Shown one piece after another: positions 34,921-47,409 of a DNA stretch of 64,000 nucleotides. The position numbers were made by a program, and so were the translations under genes. Every line of letters begins with the position of its first letter. Position 1 is the stretch's first letter. Origin of the DNA: Ascidiella aspersa (taxonomy: Eukaryota); assembly GCA_963924565.1 (NCBI GenBank), contig OZ004611.1:30132001-30196000 (forward strand), written 5' to 3'. The notes beneath the pieces were generated by a model, which was not told where the DNA came from, searched no databases, and worked only from the letters and a program-made list of their open reading frames with translations.

Positions 34921-37900
34921 TGTACTTTACTTATTTTGCAAAAAATGAATGGGTGGCATTTCACAAGAACAGCTCTGCTAAAGAAGAAAATCAAAAAGCC
35001 GTGAACCTATGCAAGTTCATCTGGAGACCCACTTTCCATTTGCGTGTAGCTCGTACAGTAGTTTAGCAAGCACAAGGGTCGAGCCCGTGTTAAACCGTCC
35101 GGAAAAACGTAGGCAATCAAATTAAGCGACGGAATTCAGTTGTTGTTGCTGCTGCTTCTGTGTGCTCCACTGTTGGCTACACAGCGAAAGGGCACAGAAT
35201 ATCGAACCGAAAACTTGCGTTTTTCCGCGGCCCTGCGTGCCATAATTGCCTGCGGCTTGTGTAACTAAGCTCCTTTTGACTACGTGGAATATGTTATTGC
35301 TCGTGCCAAGGATTGGTTTAAGGGTGGTACAGCTTTTGTTTAAAGCTGACATATAAAGCGAAAAAATACTCACTATTTTATAAAATGTAAAAATACTTAA
35401 GGTGTTACGAAATGCAAAAACACCTATGTTAAGGTGAAATACAAATTTACTTATGCTATTATGAAATGCAAAAACACCTCTGTTATATAATGCCAAAAAA
35501 CGTTTTAGTTCCGGTTTTATTCTTTCTGGTGTCATAGGTATCCAAATGAGTAGAGTCTTTCTCAAACCTTTCAATTTAAGTACAGTGCCCTTTACAAAAT
35601 AGTATGCCGAAAATATTGGAGGTTAACTGGTAAGAAGCTGCGATCATCAAAGTGAGGGCCCTTTTGACAGAATATACTTTTGAACACGTAAGTGAACATG
35701 TTTTCGCCAAGTTTTAAATTTTATTACATTACAAAAACAGACTTTGAAATACACTAAAGAACACATACACCTACACTGCAGTCGAAAAAGCCTCCGAAGC
35801 CAACATATTTGTGCACCCCCTGTTCTGCGCACGAGCCTACAGTTGGGGCAACAGTAGCTAGAGCTGAAGGGGTTCTGAAAGTGGGGGTTCTCATCCTGGG
35901 GGGCCGAAACTCAACACCGGGGTCTTTTGTTTGCAGTAAAAAGTGGAAATGTTGGCAAAACAAGGCCTAATGATGACGGCTGCGAACACACGAAGGTTTA
36001 TCCAGAGATGGAGCACACACAGACAAAAGGAGCCACAGGGTACGTTTGGGTCGAGCGAAACACAGTATTTCCTGTTGTTGTGTGGATAAAAACAACGACT
36101 GTGGTGTCGGAACGAAGCTAATTAGGGATTTGCAAAATTTGCATGCTGATGAGGTATTTGTTGTGCCTGTCTTCTTTTTTAACCTCGTAGTAATATATAG
36201 CGTGAAAAAGTAAGGTTCTTGCACGAAATGCAATGTTTTGTGGAAATACGGCAGCTAGATAAATATTTTTAGAAAAACCTTTGGACTAAAAATTGGCAGT
36301 GCTGTGTTTGCACGAAATGTGCATGATTGAGTCCGTTAATCAGAAATTCAAGTAACTGTTCATTTGATTTTTTACAAAAAGCATTCAAATAAAAAAAAGA
36401 AAGTGACTTTTTACGCCTTTCCTTTTTTCAACATGTTTTTCCAAAAAAGTCTAGCACAACCAGTTTTCAGCTTGTTTTTATTAAAGCGGATTATGTATAA
36501 GATTGAAAATCGTATTTAATTAAGAATGTAGACCAAAATAACGGGGAAATTTTTCCACCTATTCATTTTTTTGGTAACTATTCGTACAGCTGTATAATAC
36601 ATACTTAGATGCACTGTGCACGGATCTGTAACACAGCTTAAAAATAAATGCCAAAGCCAAATAGGTCAAACACTCGAAGTGCGTATCGAAACATATTTTT
36701 AAGGTCATGTTGTTTTAGACCTTGGCTTTTACCTTCATAATTATTTGCCAGGTTTTTCTCAAATAAACGTTTTGGCCTAAATCATATTTTTAGAAAAAAG
36801 TGTAAAACAACGTTCATATGTTTGTTATACTTGTTTAACATAAAAAACTGTTTAATTGCTGTGCCAATGAAGAACGAAAAATAGGGTAATATTTTCCCGC
36901 CCAAACATTCTTTTTCGGTTTCTATTCAAAAGCTGGAAATATAATTTCGCCACATTGTTCTCAAATAGACTTTTTCCCTAAACCATATGTTTAGAAAAAG
37001 TCAAAAATAGCGTAATATGTTAATCATGTTTAACATCAAAATCCCTGTTGAATTGCTGGTCCAATGATTTTTGAAACTAAAATGTAATATTTTCCCGCCC
37101 AAACATTCTTTTTCGATTTACTGTTTATCAAGCTGGCAATATAATTTAGCCTCGCAGTTACCGAATTAATTGGTGAAACTTCCCGATTGCTGCTACTCAA
37201 CTATTGTCTCAAGTGGCGCAATTCAACCACTCAAGCACCCCCTTAAACGTAATCCCCCCGCGAGCTTCTTTGTTACGTCACAAGCGGCAATTGTCGCGAC
37301 GCGGTTTGGACAAGTGCCAATTAAAAGGTCATTATCGAGACGGGCGCTGAAGTTTTCGTAATGACTGAGTGTAGAGTTAAGTTGCGTCCAAAACTCAAGT
37401 ATACAAGCATTTTACACGGAATTCGTTGTTGAACGGAATTCTTCGAATTTCACAGTGGTTTTGCCTTAATGTGGCAGTGGTGCTAATTCATGGCAGTTTT
37501 AACGATTCAAGTGCTATAATGATTTAGTGAAACCTTAGTTACATACCGTTTGTATACGAAAATCCTATATTCTGTATCAATACCTAATGTTGAAAACTAC
37601 TTTCCTGGCATTTTATTGATTTAAATTGCTACCGGACGTCCAAATTTTTACAAAATTCTTACAAAACGCTACGTTTCAAATTTTCTAATACAAAATTCGT
37701 CGAATTGCAAAATATTTTAATTTTTTTAAAGTAGTAAAACAATAGAAATATGGCTTTTATCTATTGAAACAGCAACTACGAAATTTCTTGGCAGTTTTAA
37801 TGATTTAACGACTTCCAAATTTAACAACGCTTAGTTTTAAACATACAAATTTGTACAATTTCAGCGTTTTTGAGCTAAATTCGTCTAATTTGGTTTCTAT

Positions 37901-40900
37901 GTTAATGGTATGGTAGCGTATCCTTTTATTATGTGTGTTACGCGACATGCTACACGCGACACGCCTATTCTATCGTACTGGTGCCGAGCGGTCACTCGCT
38001 CGGTCATTCGAAAATACAAGCGGACGTGTACAATATCAATTGATGGAATTCCTTGACAGAATATACTACCAATAGCAGAAACGCGCTTTTGTCACAAGTA
38101 GCCCAACTAATGAAAATAATTCCAGTTTTGTTATCCGTACATCAATGAATTTTCTCAAATGGTATCCTTACGAGACATTGGGGAGCTTCTTTCTGAATTC
38201 AAGTGCAACATACTTTAGTCTAAGGGTAGTTGTTACAATAGCTAAAAATTGGGCGTTTTGGACAAAATGATGCTAAACCTGGACAATGCTCTCTAGCGCC
38301 AACTTCACACTGTGGCCGTCCTTATAGGCTTGCTGTAGCGAGTATTTTCTCAACACATTTAGGCCAATGAGTATCACCAACATAATGGCCGATACGTAGA
38401 CTTGCAGTATTTGCTCGAAAACTATTTTTACAGTTGACTTATCTTTTGGACAAAAAAGAAAGAAATATATTTTAGGCATTGCTCATTGATATGTAATTTC
38501 TGGCCTACCAATTTTAATAAATCATTTTATTTTGCTTAAGGTTTTTGTTCAGCAAGTGGCCTACTTCTTTTGAAAATCTAATTTAAACTTTTACTAAAAT
38601 CACTAGCACAATTTACAATATTTCCACCTATTTTCGTCAATGTTACCGAAAAGTTAAGACTTAAGTTGTATGTGTCAATGTGATACGTTATTTTGCGCCA
38701 AGTCACCTTTCGCACTACACACGTCTATAATTTGGCTGTCAACGTATCTCAAACGTGGAAGCGACAACGGTAAATTAAAAGAGACATTTTGAAGAGTTTT
38801 GACTAGGCGCTGTTAAAGCCGGAAATTTACATTATACAGTGTCTAATTATTTTAAGTTGACATTTCCACTTTAAACAGCTGCAAAAAAAGGGAGACTTAT
38901 TTTAACCCCGCTATTTTCTGCTAGAACAACGTATTTGGGAGTTGTTTTAAGTAAATCTGGTCGATTATTACTGAGATGTGATTTCCGAAATAAAAGCAGC
39001 CTATTATGAATACACAGGAGACATTCCAGACAGACGTGTTGACCGCATAATATCCATATCACGGTGCCTCACACTGCAGGACTCGAAATTTCGCACACAC
39101 CACGTTTCGTAAAGCAATATACTCTTAAAGTGCGACGTATATATTTGATAGCAGTATGCGGCCAATTGAAAAATCGCATCTCACGAATAGAACACATTGA
39201 TCAGGACATTAAAAAAAAAAACAGAAGATTTTGATTTTCGAAAAAACAGAAGATTTGATAAACTACGTAGACATATTTTAAACCAATAAAGAATAGATAG
39301 ACATATTTTAGTTTGATACCTAAATAGACATATGTTTTGGTTTTCAAACTTTGTCAGGGTAATGGCGAAACTATAGAAAACAGAACAACATTTTGATTAA
39401 ATCAAATATTCTGGCTTTTATGTTAGTTAGGCAATTGTAAAAACACTTTTTAATGTATAGCATATCAATCTTTTTGCCGAAATGACCACGTACCTACTAC
39501 GCATCAGAACAGTCCTACAGTAGTACTGCTTCAGAAAATGTAGCGTATGGGAAGTACGCTGCGGTTTTAAAATTTCGAAAAAGGTCTGCTCGAACCACAG
39601 CACAACAAGGAAGTAGGTAAGCCACGTAACTTTAGGAATTTCCTCATGCAAAACTTTTTAAATTTCAAATATATTCAAGTTGATAAAAGTTTCTTAAAAA
39701 AAATCAAAATAACAGATTTTCAAGCCTTTGCCTTATAACAGTAAAAACATGTCGTTACAATAACCTTGTAAAACCATTTAGCTCAGAAAAGGTGTTGTCC
39801 ATTTCTAATCACTGACACCAAAAAATGTTTTGCATATTTTCTATCACAAACACTAAAAGGTATTCTTCATATTCTACCACTGACACTAAAAAGTCATTGT
39901 CAATTTTCGGTGAATGACACTAAAACAGCATTGTCCATTTTCTACTCACTATAGGACATAGGTGAACATTAGTGCTATACAACAAAACAGAAAATAAACA
40001 ACGCCAAACAACAATATTCGAGCCCTGCTGTTCAGTTTTATAGACAACTCCCCAAGGCGGATTGAATGTTTGTCAGAACTGTCAACCAATTTGTAATAGT
40101 TGTCTGGGACAAAACAGGCCAGACATATATTACTAATATGATTAAGACAAGCCAAAATTCAAGGTCACTTACCACAAACAACTCAATTAAGCGCATTATT
40201 TCGTAACAAAGCCTTCTAAAACTGTATTTTTTTACTTACACATAGAAAACTAGGCTTACAGAGTCTCAGACACATAAATACACATTTCCAATTCCGAGCT
40301 TAAAACTGCTGCAAACGTGAGCTCTGAAATATCTGCGACATCAAATAAAAAATCGCAAAATCGTGACAATGAAGCGCAAACACATTTCTGTGCAAACAAA
40401 TCAGAAACCACTGCTTAGTTGTACGTTGAAAAATTCCCAGCACTTATTGTGCACTCTAAAAATTGTTGTATCAGCTTTTTCTAAAATCCACTAATCTTAT
40501 TCCAGTAAAACATTCATATAACTAAAATGAAATAAAACACAAACATTTCTATTCTAGATAAACAGCTCCAGGATATCTGTGAAACAAAAAGCTATGTTCA
40601 AAATTTAACGCTCTTCTATAAAGTTTTAAATACTTGCTGACTATGCCCATCGTAACACATTGGCGAAACAATTAAAACACTGTAACACCATTACAGATAA
40701 AGATTACACTTCACAAAAAAAAATGCAAAAATAATAGTGCTGTAATCAAAAATCCCAGTCATATTAAACAGAAGGTTCAATTGACCCTCTTGGTAATTAA
40801 CGTAGAAAATTAATTCGGTAGTTCTAGGGTTAAACTTACAACACTGCTCGGTTTCACATCGCAGTTGCTGACTGAAATCAACATTTCAAACTGTGGCTTA

Positions 40901-42329
40901 ACGTTCTTCTACTCAGTCTTATTAACAACAGCCATTTCAATAAGCTTTGTTTAGTTTTTTCCCCGCAAACAGTCAAACTGCTGCTAGCACATGCGCCTTC
41001 GCAGTAACCAAGCTTCAGAAAAGCTGCATTTTTGCCTTGCCGTCTCAAAGTTAATCCTCGCTGGCTTAACCAGTCTAGAAGCTTGCCTGATGAATAACGT
41101 CTTGCCTTGGGTGATTTGCCGGCAGTTTTAGTCAGGCTAATCACCTCAAGAAACAACAGCAGGGCGCTCTGGTGAAAGATGCTTTTCGACAGCTGATCGT
41201 AGCATAGTTTACATTAACTGTGGACGGATATATTGGGTGTAAATTGATTGTCTCCTGCGCCCTTTATTTCAAGCACGCCTTGCCTCTGATTAGCAAGAAA
41301 TTTCGGCTATTTCCTTCAAGATTTTCGCAACTTTAAATCAAACTAGCAACTGTTTGTCTTTTTTACGAATCATTTGAATGTATTTTGAAGCGATGGTTAC
41401 ATTAGTTTAAAATTAAGCATATCTTCATTGGAGTGAACTAAAATGTATTTTTTGAACGCATGAAGTTAAAGCGGTTTGTACTAAATTTATTAAATCAAAT
41501 CATCACAAAATTTGCGTTTTCTTGTAGACTTTTACGAAACAAGTTTACAACAGAACAATTCCTGGTTTTGCCCACAACTCAGGAACATTTTGTTTTAGAG
41601 GATTGCATCTCGTTTGATCTGCAGGAATTTGCTTGGTTTGAATCGAGTAGATTTATTATACATTTCATCATAATAAGATAAGTTTGAGCGAATTTCCAAA
41701 AGACTAAAACGCAAAAAAAAAAATACATTTGTTTTCATTACAAGTAAAGAAGGATCCAAAATAAGTGGCAAACTCTATTGTATACTTTATAAGTTGTATA
41801 CCCCAATAAGGTCTGCGGTATATACCGATCAAATCTGTTACATTGCAAGTTAAATTGGCATTGCTAAAGACTTTCATCTTCATCTCTAAAGAAAAAAAAT
41901 ATGAAGCAACTTAGCAACAGTAATGAACGTCAAATCCTTACCAAGTAAAGCTAACATTTATTTCATAACGATTTAGCGCTATCACCGTAAATAAGATACA
42001 CAAACTTTATTACTGCGGTGAAAATGGTCTAAAGGCAAAATAACCACAAGTACTAAAATTTCAAGGTGGCGAGTAAAAGTATATCCGTTAAACACGAAAG
42101 TTTACCTAAAAGCAAGAGAGAGAGTATTAGAAGTATATGAGCGACTGTTAAAAATACGCAAGGTAAGACAGGTAGACTAGCACTTGTAGTTAAGTTACAT
42201 ATTTGGTTCAAGTTGGATTACCTTACGGCGTCCATGATTCCCCCCTGTAGAATGTTAATGCGATGATGTATTATGACTCAAATACCTGGGTTCATATTTC
42301 CTCCTCTGGGCTTAGGGCAGGGGGGAAGT

Positions 42330-42618
42330 AGAATAATATTGGAATATTGAAGGCATTTAAAGCCCATACAGAAGTAGGTATCAATTTTAACGTTTCGAAT
42401 AAACCGTAAGATACTGACTTGAGGCTTTAGTTAGAAGTAGAATAAATGCCAAATCCAACACACAAGAATAGGTAGCATTTTGAACGTTCGAATATATATT
42501 TTTATTCATTTAACATAGTCTAAAGAATTCTTCGAAATGTTCAAAATGTTACCTACTTCTGTATGGGCTTTGCTATTCTTACTACGTCTTACTACAACCT
42601 CCGACCATTATGCTCCAT
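42330..42618. mobile_element. Long-TIR MITE family copy
   Basis: AAAGCCCATACAGAAGTAGGTA...AACGTTTCGAATA and the inverse arm TACCTACTTCTGTATGGGCTTTG...CCATTATGCTCCA. Confidence 0.75.
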
Positions 42619-43833
42619 AGAATAATTTTCTTCCTGGAACGATGAAAGTCATCTCTAAAAATATTTATGCGCCCCGATAAAAAAATATTCTACTTTAACT
42701 CCTGTGTTTGGTAAAACGGAGTCGTTGTTGTTGACCAGCGCGACTACCGAACTGCCAACCTAAAGTCACACACTTTTAAGAAAATACTTCATTAAAACAC
42801 CACTATAGAAACGCATCGTGATCGTTTAACTGCACGTTCGATAAACTGCCAAAATTTATAATCCTTTATAAACAAACCTTTCCTAACACACCTTGTGAGC
42901 TTCCTGCACAAAATCCCCTAAAGCCTTCGCATTGAAATTTTGGATGGTTATCTTCTGGCCCAACAGGCCTGCTTCCGAAATTGGTAATAAAGCGATATAT
43001 TTGATCGATAATTGCGTTTAAACGCGAGTTTCTCCTTCGATTTGACCGAGCAATGTTTACAAATAACCTCTGGCACCCAAAGGTTGTTAAATTTAAGATA
43101 TAAGCACAAGATAGCAAGGGCCATTGACCTGTACTTACGACCAAAAGCTATAGATACTACAATTTCTGACCTATACTGTGTGAATAGCAAATTACATGTT
43201 TAAATAAGTTTGTTTACAACCTATCTTATATTCTAACAGTATATTAAGTGTTTTGTAATATTGGAGCAAAAACTCAAATTAGGCGAGAAAATCGACGTCA
43301 TCAGTAAGAAATCGACTGATGATGAAACGACTATACATATCGAAACATCTTCTTCCTTCGATTTACAGGAAATAGTTGGCTTTGCTATTCATATTTAAAT
43401 TAAAAGGTTTCGTATAACTTATATTAAATAATTATATTAGATAATATGTATAACTTCTATAAGATAATACTATTATTCAGCATAAAAATAATATTCAATA
43501 TAATTATTTCACATTATGACTCGGACAAATCATTTAAAATTCCCGCTAATAAAGACAGTGATGGTTTATCATGGAAAACTAGCCAGATAAATTCAAGATA
43601 TTCAATAACACTGATAATGGCATAAAGGACAAGCGGAAAGTTTATTGTCAACAATAGTTAATTTGTTAGATATCCTCGCCGTAAAAGTGTAGTGCCAATA
43701 CTTCTAACGAAAAAAGATAGCCAAATAAAAGGCTTACATTCTTAAACAAAAACACGACTTTTGGAAGAACAACTTACACTTGTTATTAACCAAGATGACT
43801 ACAACTTACGTCAGTAATTCCTCCTCTACCTAT

Positions 43834-44298
43834 CAGACTTGGACAACTAAAGTTTTATTAGCTTTTGAAAATTAGATTAAAACTAAAATTAGAGCATTTG
43901 AGTTATTCCAAATTACATTAAAATTAGACTTAGATCATTCTTGTTTTCTCAAATTAGATTAAAATTAGAATAACCGAATTCTTAAAACAACGAATTTCAA
44001 CTGGAATTTGAACTAGATCCACATTACAATTTTTATGCCTTACAGCATAGCATGTGCTTTTCAGAATGTACAAATCAACAACAAGTCATTCCGGCCAAGG
44101 TTTTTATTTCAATTTTTTTGGTTTGGCTTAGAGACTAAATGCTGTTGGACAAATTAGCATTTTGAATAAAATCCGAATTAGGTTAGAATTAGAATTAGAG
44201 CACAAGCAATTTACAAACTAAATTAGAATTAGAATTAGCCGCATTTTGCTCTAATTCATTAACTTAGAAAACTAGAATTATCTAGTTGTCCAAGTCTG
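43834..44298. mobile_element. hAT MITE with AATTAG subterminal repeats
   Basis: 16-bp TIR CAGACTTGGACAACTA / TAGTTGTCCAAGTCTG; 8-bp TSD CTACCTAT / CTACCTGT (7/8). Confidence 0.9.
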
Positions 44299-44530
44299 CT
44301 ACCTGTCCTATACAGTCACGAAATGAACCTTTAAGCTGCCAAGAAGTCCAAGCCTGAATGGCCGGAGTCCAATGTTCTGTGTGCTTGAAAACTTAACGAT
44401 CACAAACAAAACACTGCCGGGTTTAACGACGCATCTCGGCTAAGTATAGCCCGGCCGTTACGTTTTTACGAGCCTGTTGCTTCCGCCATGGCCATTGTGT
44501 GGGTGGGAACGGGTGCACTTGACTTGTAAC

Positions 44531-44795
44531 CAGGGCCGGTTAAGGGTACTGTAGGCCTAAAGCTGTTTACTATAGAAGGGCTTAATTTTGCAAATCAACC
44601 TACAAAAAGTAATAAAAATACATAAATGAAAACTCGACTTAGTAATTCGTTTTTAAGCAAAAACCCTATACTATACTGGTACTGGATCTATATTACCATC
44701 AGCCCTACAACAATTTCACTACAATAATTGGGTGCCCGCATTTTTCCAGGGCCTAAGGCCATAGCCTTAGTAGCTTAATGGTTTATCCGGCCCTG
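44531..44795. mobile_element. hAT MITE
   Basis: TIR CAGGGCCGG / CCGGCCCTG; perfect 8-bp TSD CTTGTAAC (44523-44530, 44796-44803). Related ends lie at 34413 and 34728. Confidence 0.9.
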
Positions 44796-45791
44796 CTTGT
44801 AACCTCTTTGGAATTATGTTGTATATATATTGAGCGCTTTACATTAAAGTTGTCCCATCCCATTTTGAGTCTTTCCAAAGCGAAATGGTATAGTTATAAA
44901 AAGTATTATGTATAGTGGTTGATTGAATGATCGCCATTCTATTAGTATTCTATATCATATAAAAGTTTTAAGTTGAATTTTTGAGTATTTTTTGATCCCA
45001 GAAAAAATATGTCATCGTGGTTGTGAAGACATACAGGCCTACCCAATTCATACAAGTGGTAGAAACAATTCAGGCCAAATACGCTCAACAACAGTTTTGT
45101 ATAACGTTTATTTGCCAATAAAAAGTTGGTGTTGATACGATTAAAGTAATTTCTTTGATTCAAATATTCAAAGGTCTGTTAGTTTCACTGATTTAAACTA
45201 AAGGTTGTATTTATTTGTCTGCCTGGGGTGAGTGTATTGGGGGTAGTGACCCTTTTTGTACCCCACTACACAAACCAAAGCTTTATTAGGTTTAGGTTTA
45301 TCGACTCTCGTTGTTTTTTTACGATGGCCGATAAAATCGTTGAAACAAAGTGAATTAGAAATCGTTAGTGAAGAAACGAATTTGGCTACTGCTGAAATCT
45401 TGATACAACGACAGAACAAAATATACAGCAAAAACAGAATAATGTAATGCAGAATCTGCATTGTGAAGTACTTTCTTTGAAATAATAAAAATTTCTAAAA
45501 ACATGACTGGAGTCAAAATCAACCCCAAATACTCTAGTGTTAAAAAGTTTGATGGTAACGATGCAAAGACTTAATGCATCGAAAATTCGGTGCTAATTCT
45601 TAATTAAGAAGTAATGCTTTTTGGTGTAAGTGTATAGCAAAGCAGGTTCTTCAAACAGTTAGTAAATGCAATAATTAAACTAGTGCTTAGGTTCTTCAAT
45701 TTGTGGTCGTTTCCATTTGCTTTCCATTGGATTTAAATTGTCAATCTCGTTGGGTTTACGACAACAACGGGTAAAATACAATTTCACAAAC

Positions 45792-46263
45792 CAGTGTTGC
45801 AAACAAGTCATTTTGAATTGACTTCAAGTTCCAGTCAAGTAATTTTAAAAATAACATAAGTCCAAGTCCAGTCTTTTGTGAAAATAACAAGTCAAGTCCG
45901 AGTCAAGTCATTATGAAAGCAAGTCAATTTCAAGTTATGTCATTGACATAAAAGTAAACTGTTAAGCTATTAATATTGATAAACTCGTCCAATATAAGTG
46001 ACAATTTAACTAAAACAATAACACAAACGCGATATACAGCAATAAAAGTGTTTAATGTGCATAACTGGAGATCAATTTTAATGAAAAACACTTAGTTTAA
46101 TCCCAATTATTTAAAAAATTACTTGAATCCAAATCAAGTCATTTGTCCAAAAGACTTAAGTCAAGTCATGTCATTTTTGTCAAAGGACTCAAGTTAAGTT
46201 ATTTGAAAACAGTGACTTAAATGCACTTAACTCAAGTCAATGACTTAAGTCATTGCAAGACTG
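45792..46263. mobile_element. hAT MITE with CAAGT/AAGTC subterminal repeats
   Basis: TIR CAGTGTTGCAA / TTGCAAGACTG; perfect 8-bp TSD TCACAAAC. Partial relatives lie at ~49445-49540 and ~53000-53125. Confidence 0.9.
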
Positions 46264-47409
46264 TCACAAACTGTCAATCTTGTTAGGCAGAAGTACAAAT
46301 GCCAATGAACGTATACACAATGAGCCAAACGTTGGATTCTCATTCCTTGTATTTCTAACATGCATCTACAAATTTCGCCTATCTGTACTACGTTTTTTCA
46401 GCATTTAAAGCAGTTATGTGAAAAAATGATATAGCAAACGTATAGCGCGTGGGAACGTATCTACCTTACAATTTTTTTTCGATAACACAACTGTCTTGTA
46501 GCTTGATAAGGAAAAGTTATTTGCAACCTATTTTCTAAATATGAAAGATATGTGTTCGATTAGTTTGTGTTGGCTTCGGTGTACTATTTTCTAACTAATG
46601 ATCCCGGTATTGCTGATAAACTTAGTATTATACTAAATTACCGAGGAAAACCTGTGTCGGCCTTTTTAAAAATATAGCTACTCATACTCTTGAACACTAG
46701 CTGATCAAACCAAGTATAACTATAGCTGCTGTACCCTACAAAGTACAAACTCTACATCTTTCAATAATGCAGCTGTTATGTAGCGTGATAAACAATTAAA
46801 CCTACATTTGGTACTAACGACTTAATTCCAACCATTTTCTAATTATGAAAGATACACACAAATTTGTTCAGTTAGTTTGCGATGGCTTCTGGTGTACATT
46901 GATCCTAATGTAGATGGAAAACGTAGAATTATAAACAGCTAAATTATCCAGCAAAACTTGTGTTCGTCTTTGAAAACATGTAGCCATTCCCAACTAAACA
47001 ACAGTCGATTATACTTATAGCATAACTATAGCTGCTGGCAACATACAACTAAATTAAAGCGGACGGACTCGCCTTAAAAACCTCCCGAAACGCCCTTGGC
47101 GAGAATATAACGCAACACTAGGCATTCTGATGCATGTCAGTCCCTCTTTAAGCCTCATTCAATCCGTCAGTCAGTCAGCAATCCGGTAGCGCAATTAAAA
47201 TCAGGCAAACACTAGATGCGAGTAAAACTCAAACACTTGCCCGTGTTTGCTAGCCGAAGCAATTAGCACCTCGTAGCCTCCAGAGCCCAAGTCGATTTAC
47301 CTCAAGGCCGCCACTTATCGGCGCAGCTTTATTTGCCCAGGCCCATGTCTGGCCTCGCGGTTGCACGGTAGCAAGGCATTTCGGGTGTTCGGCAAACAAA
47401 ACTGCCTGC

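Noticed and set aside
35122-35574. 150-aa minus-strand ORF
   Set aside because: Non-ATG start, spans a degenerate AT-rich repeat, and has no domain or splice support.
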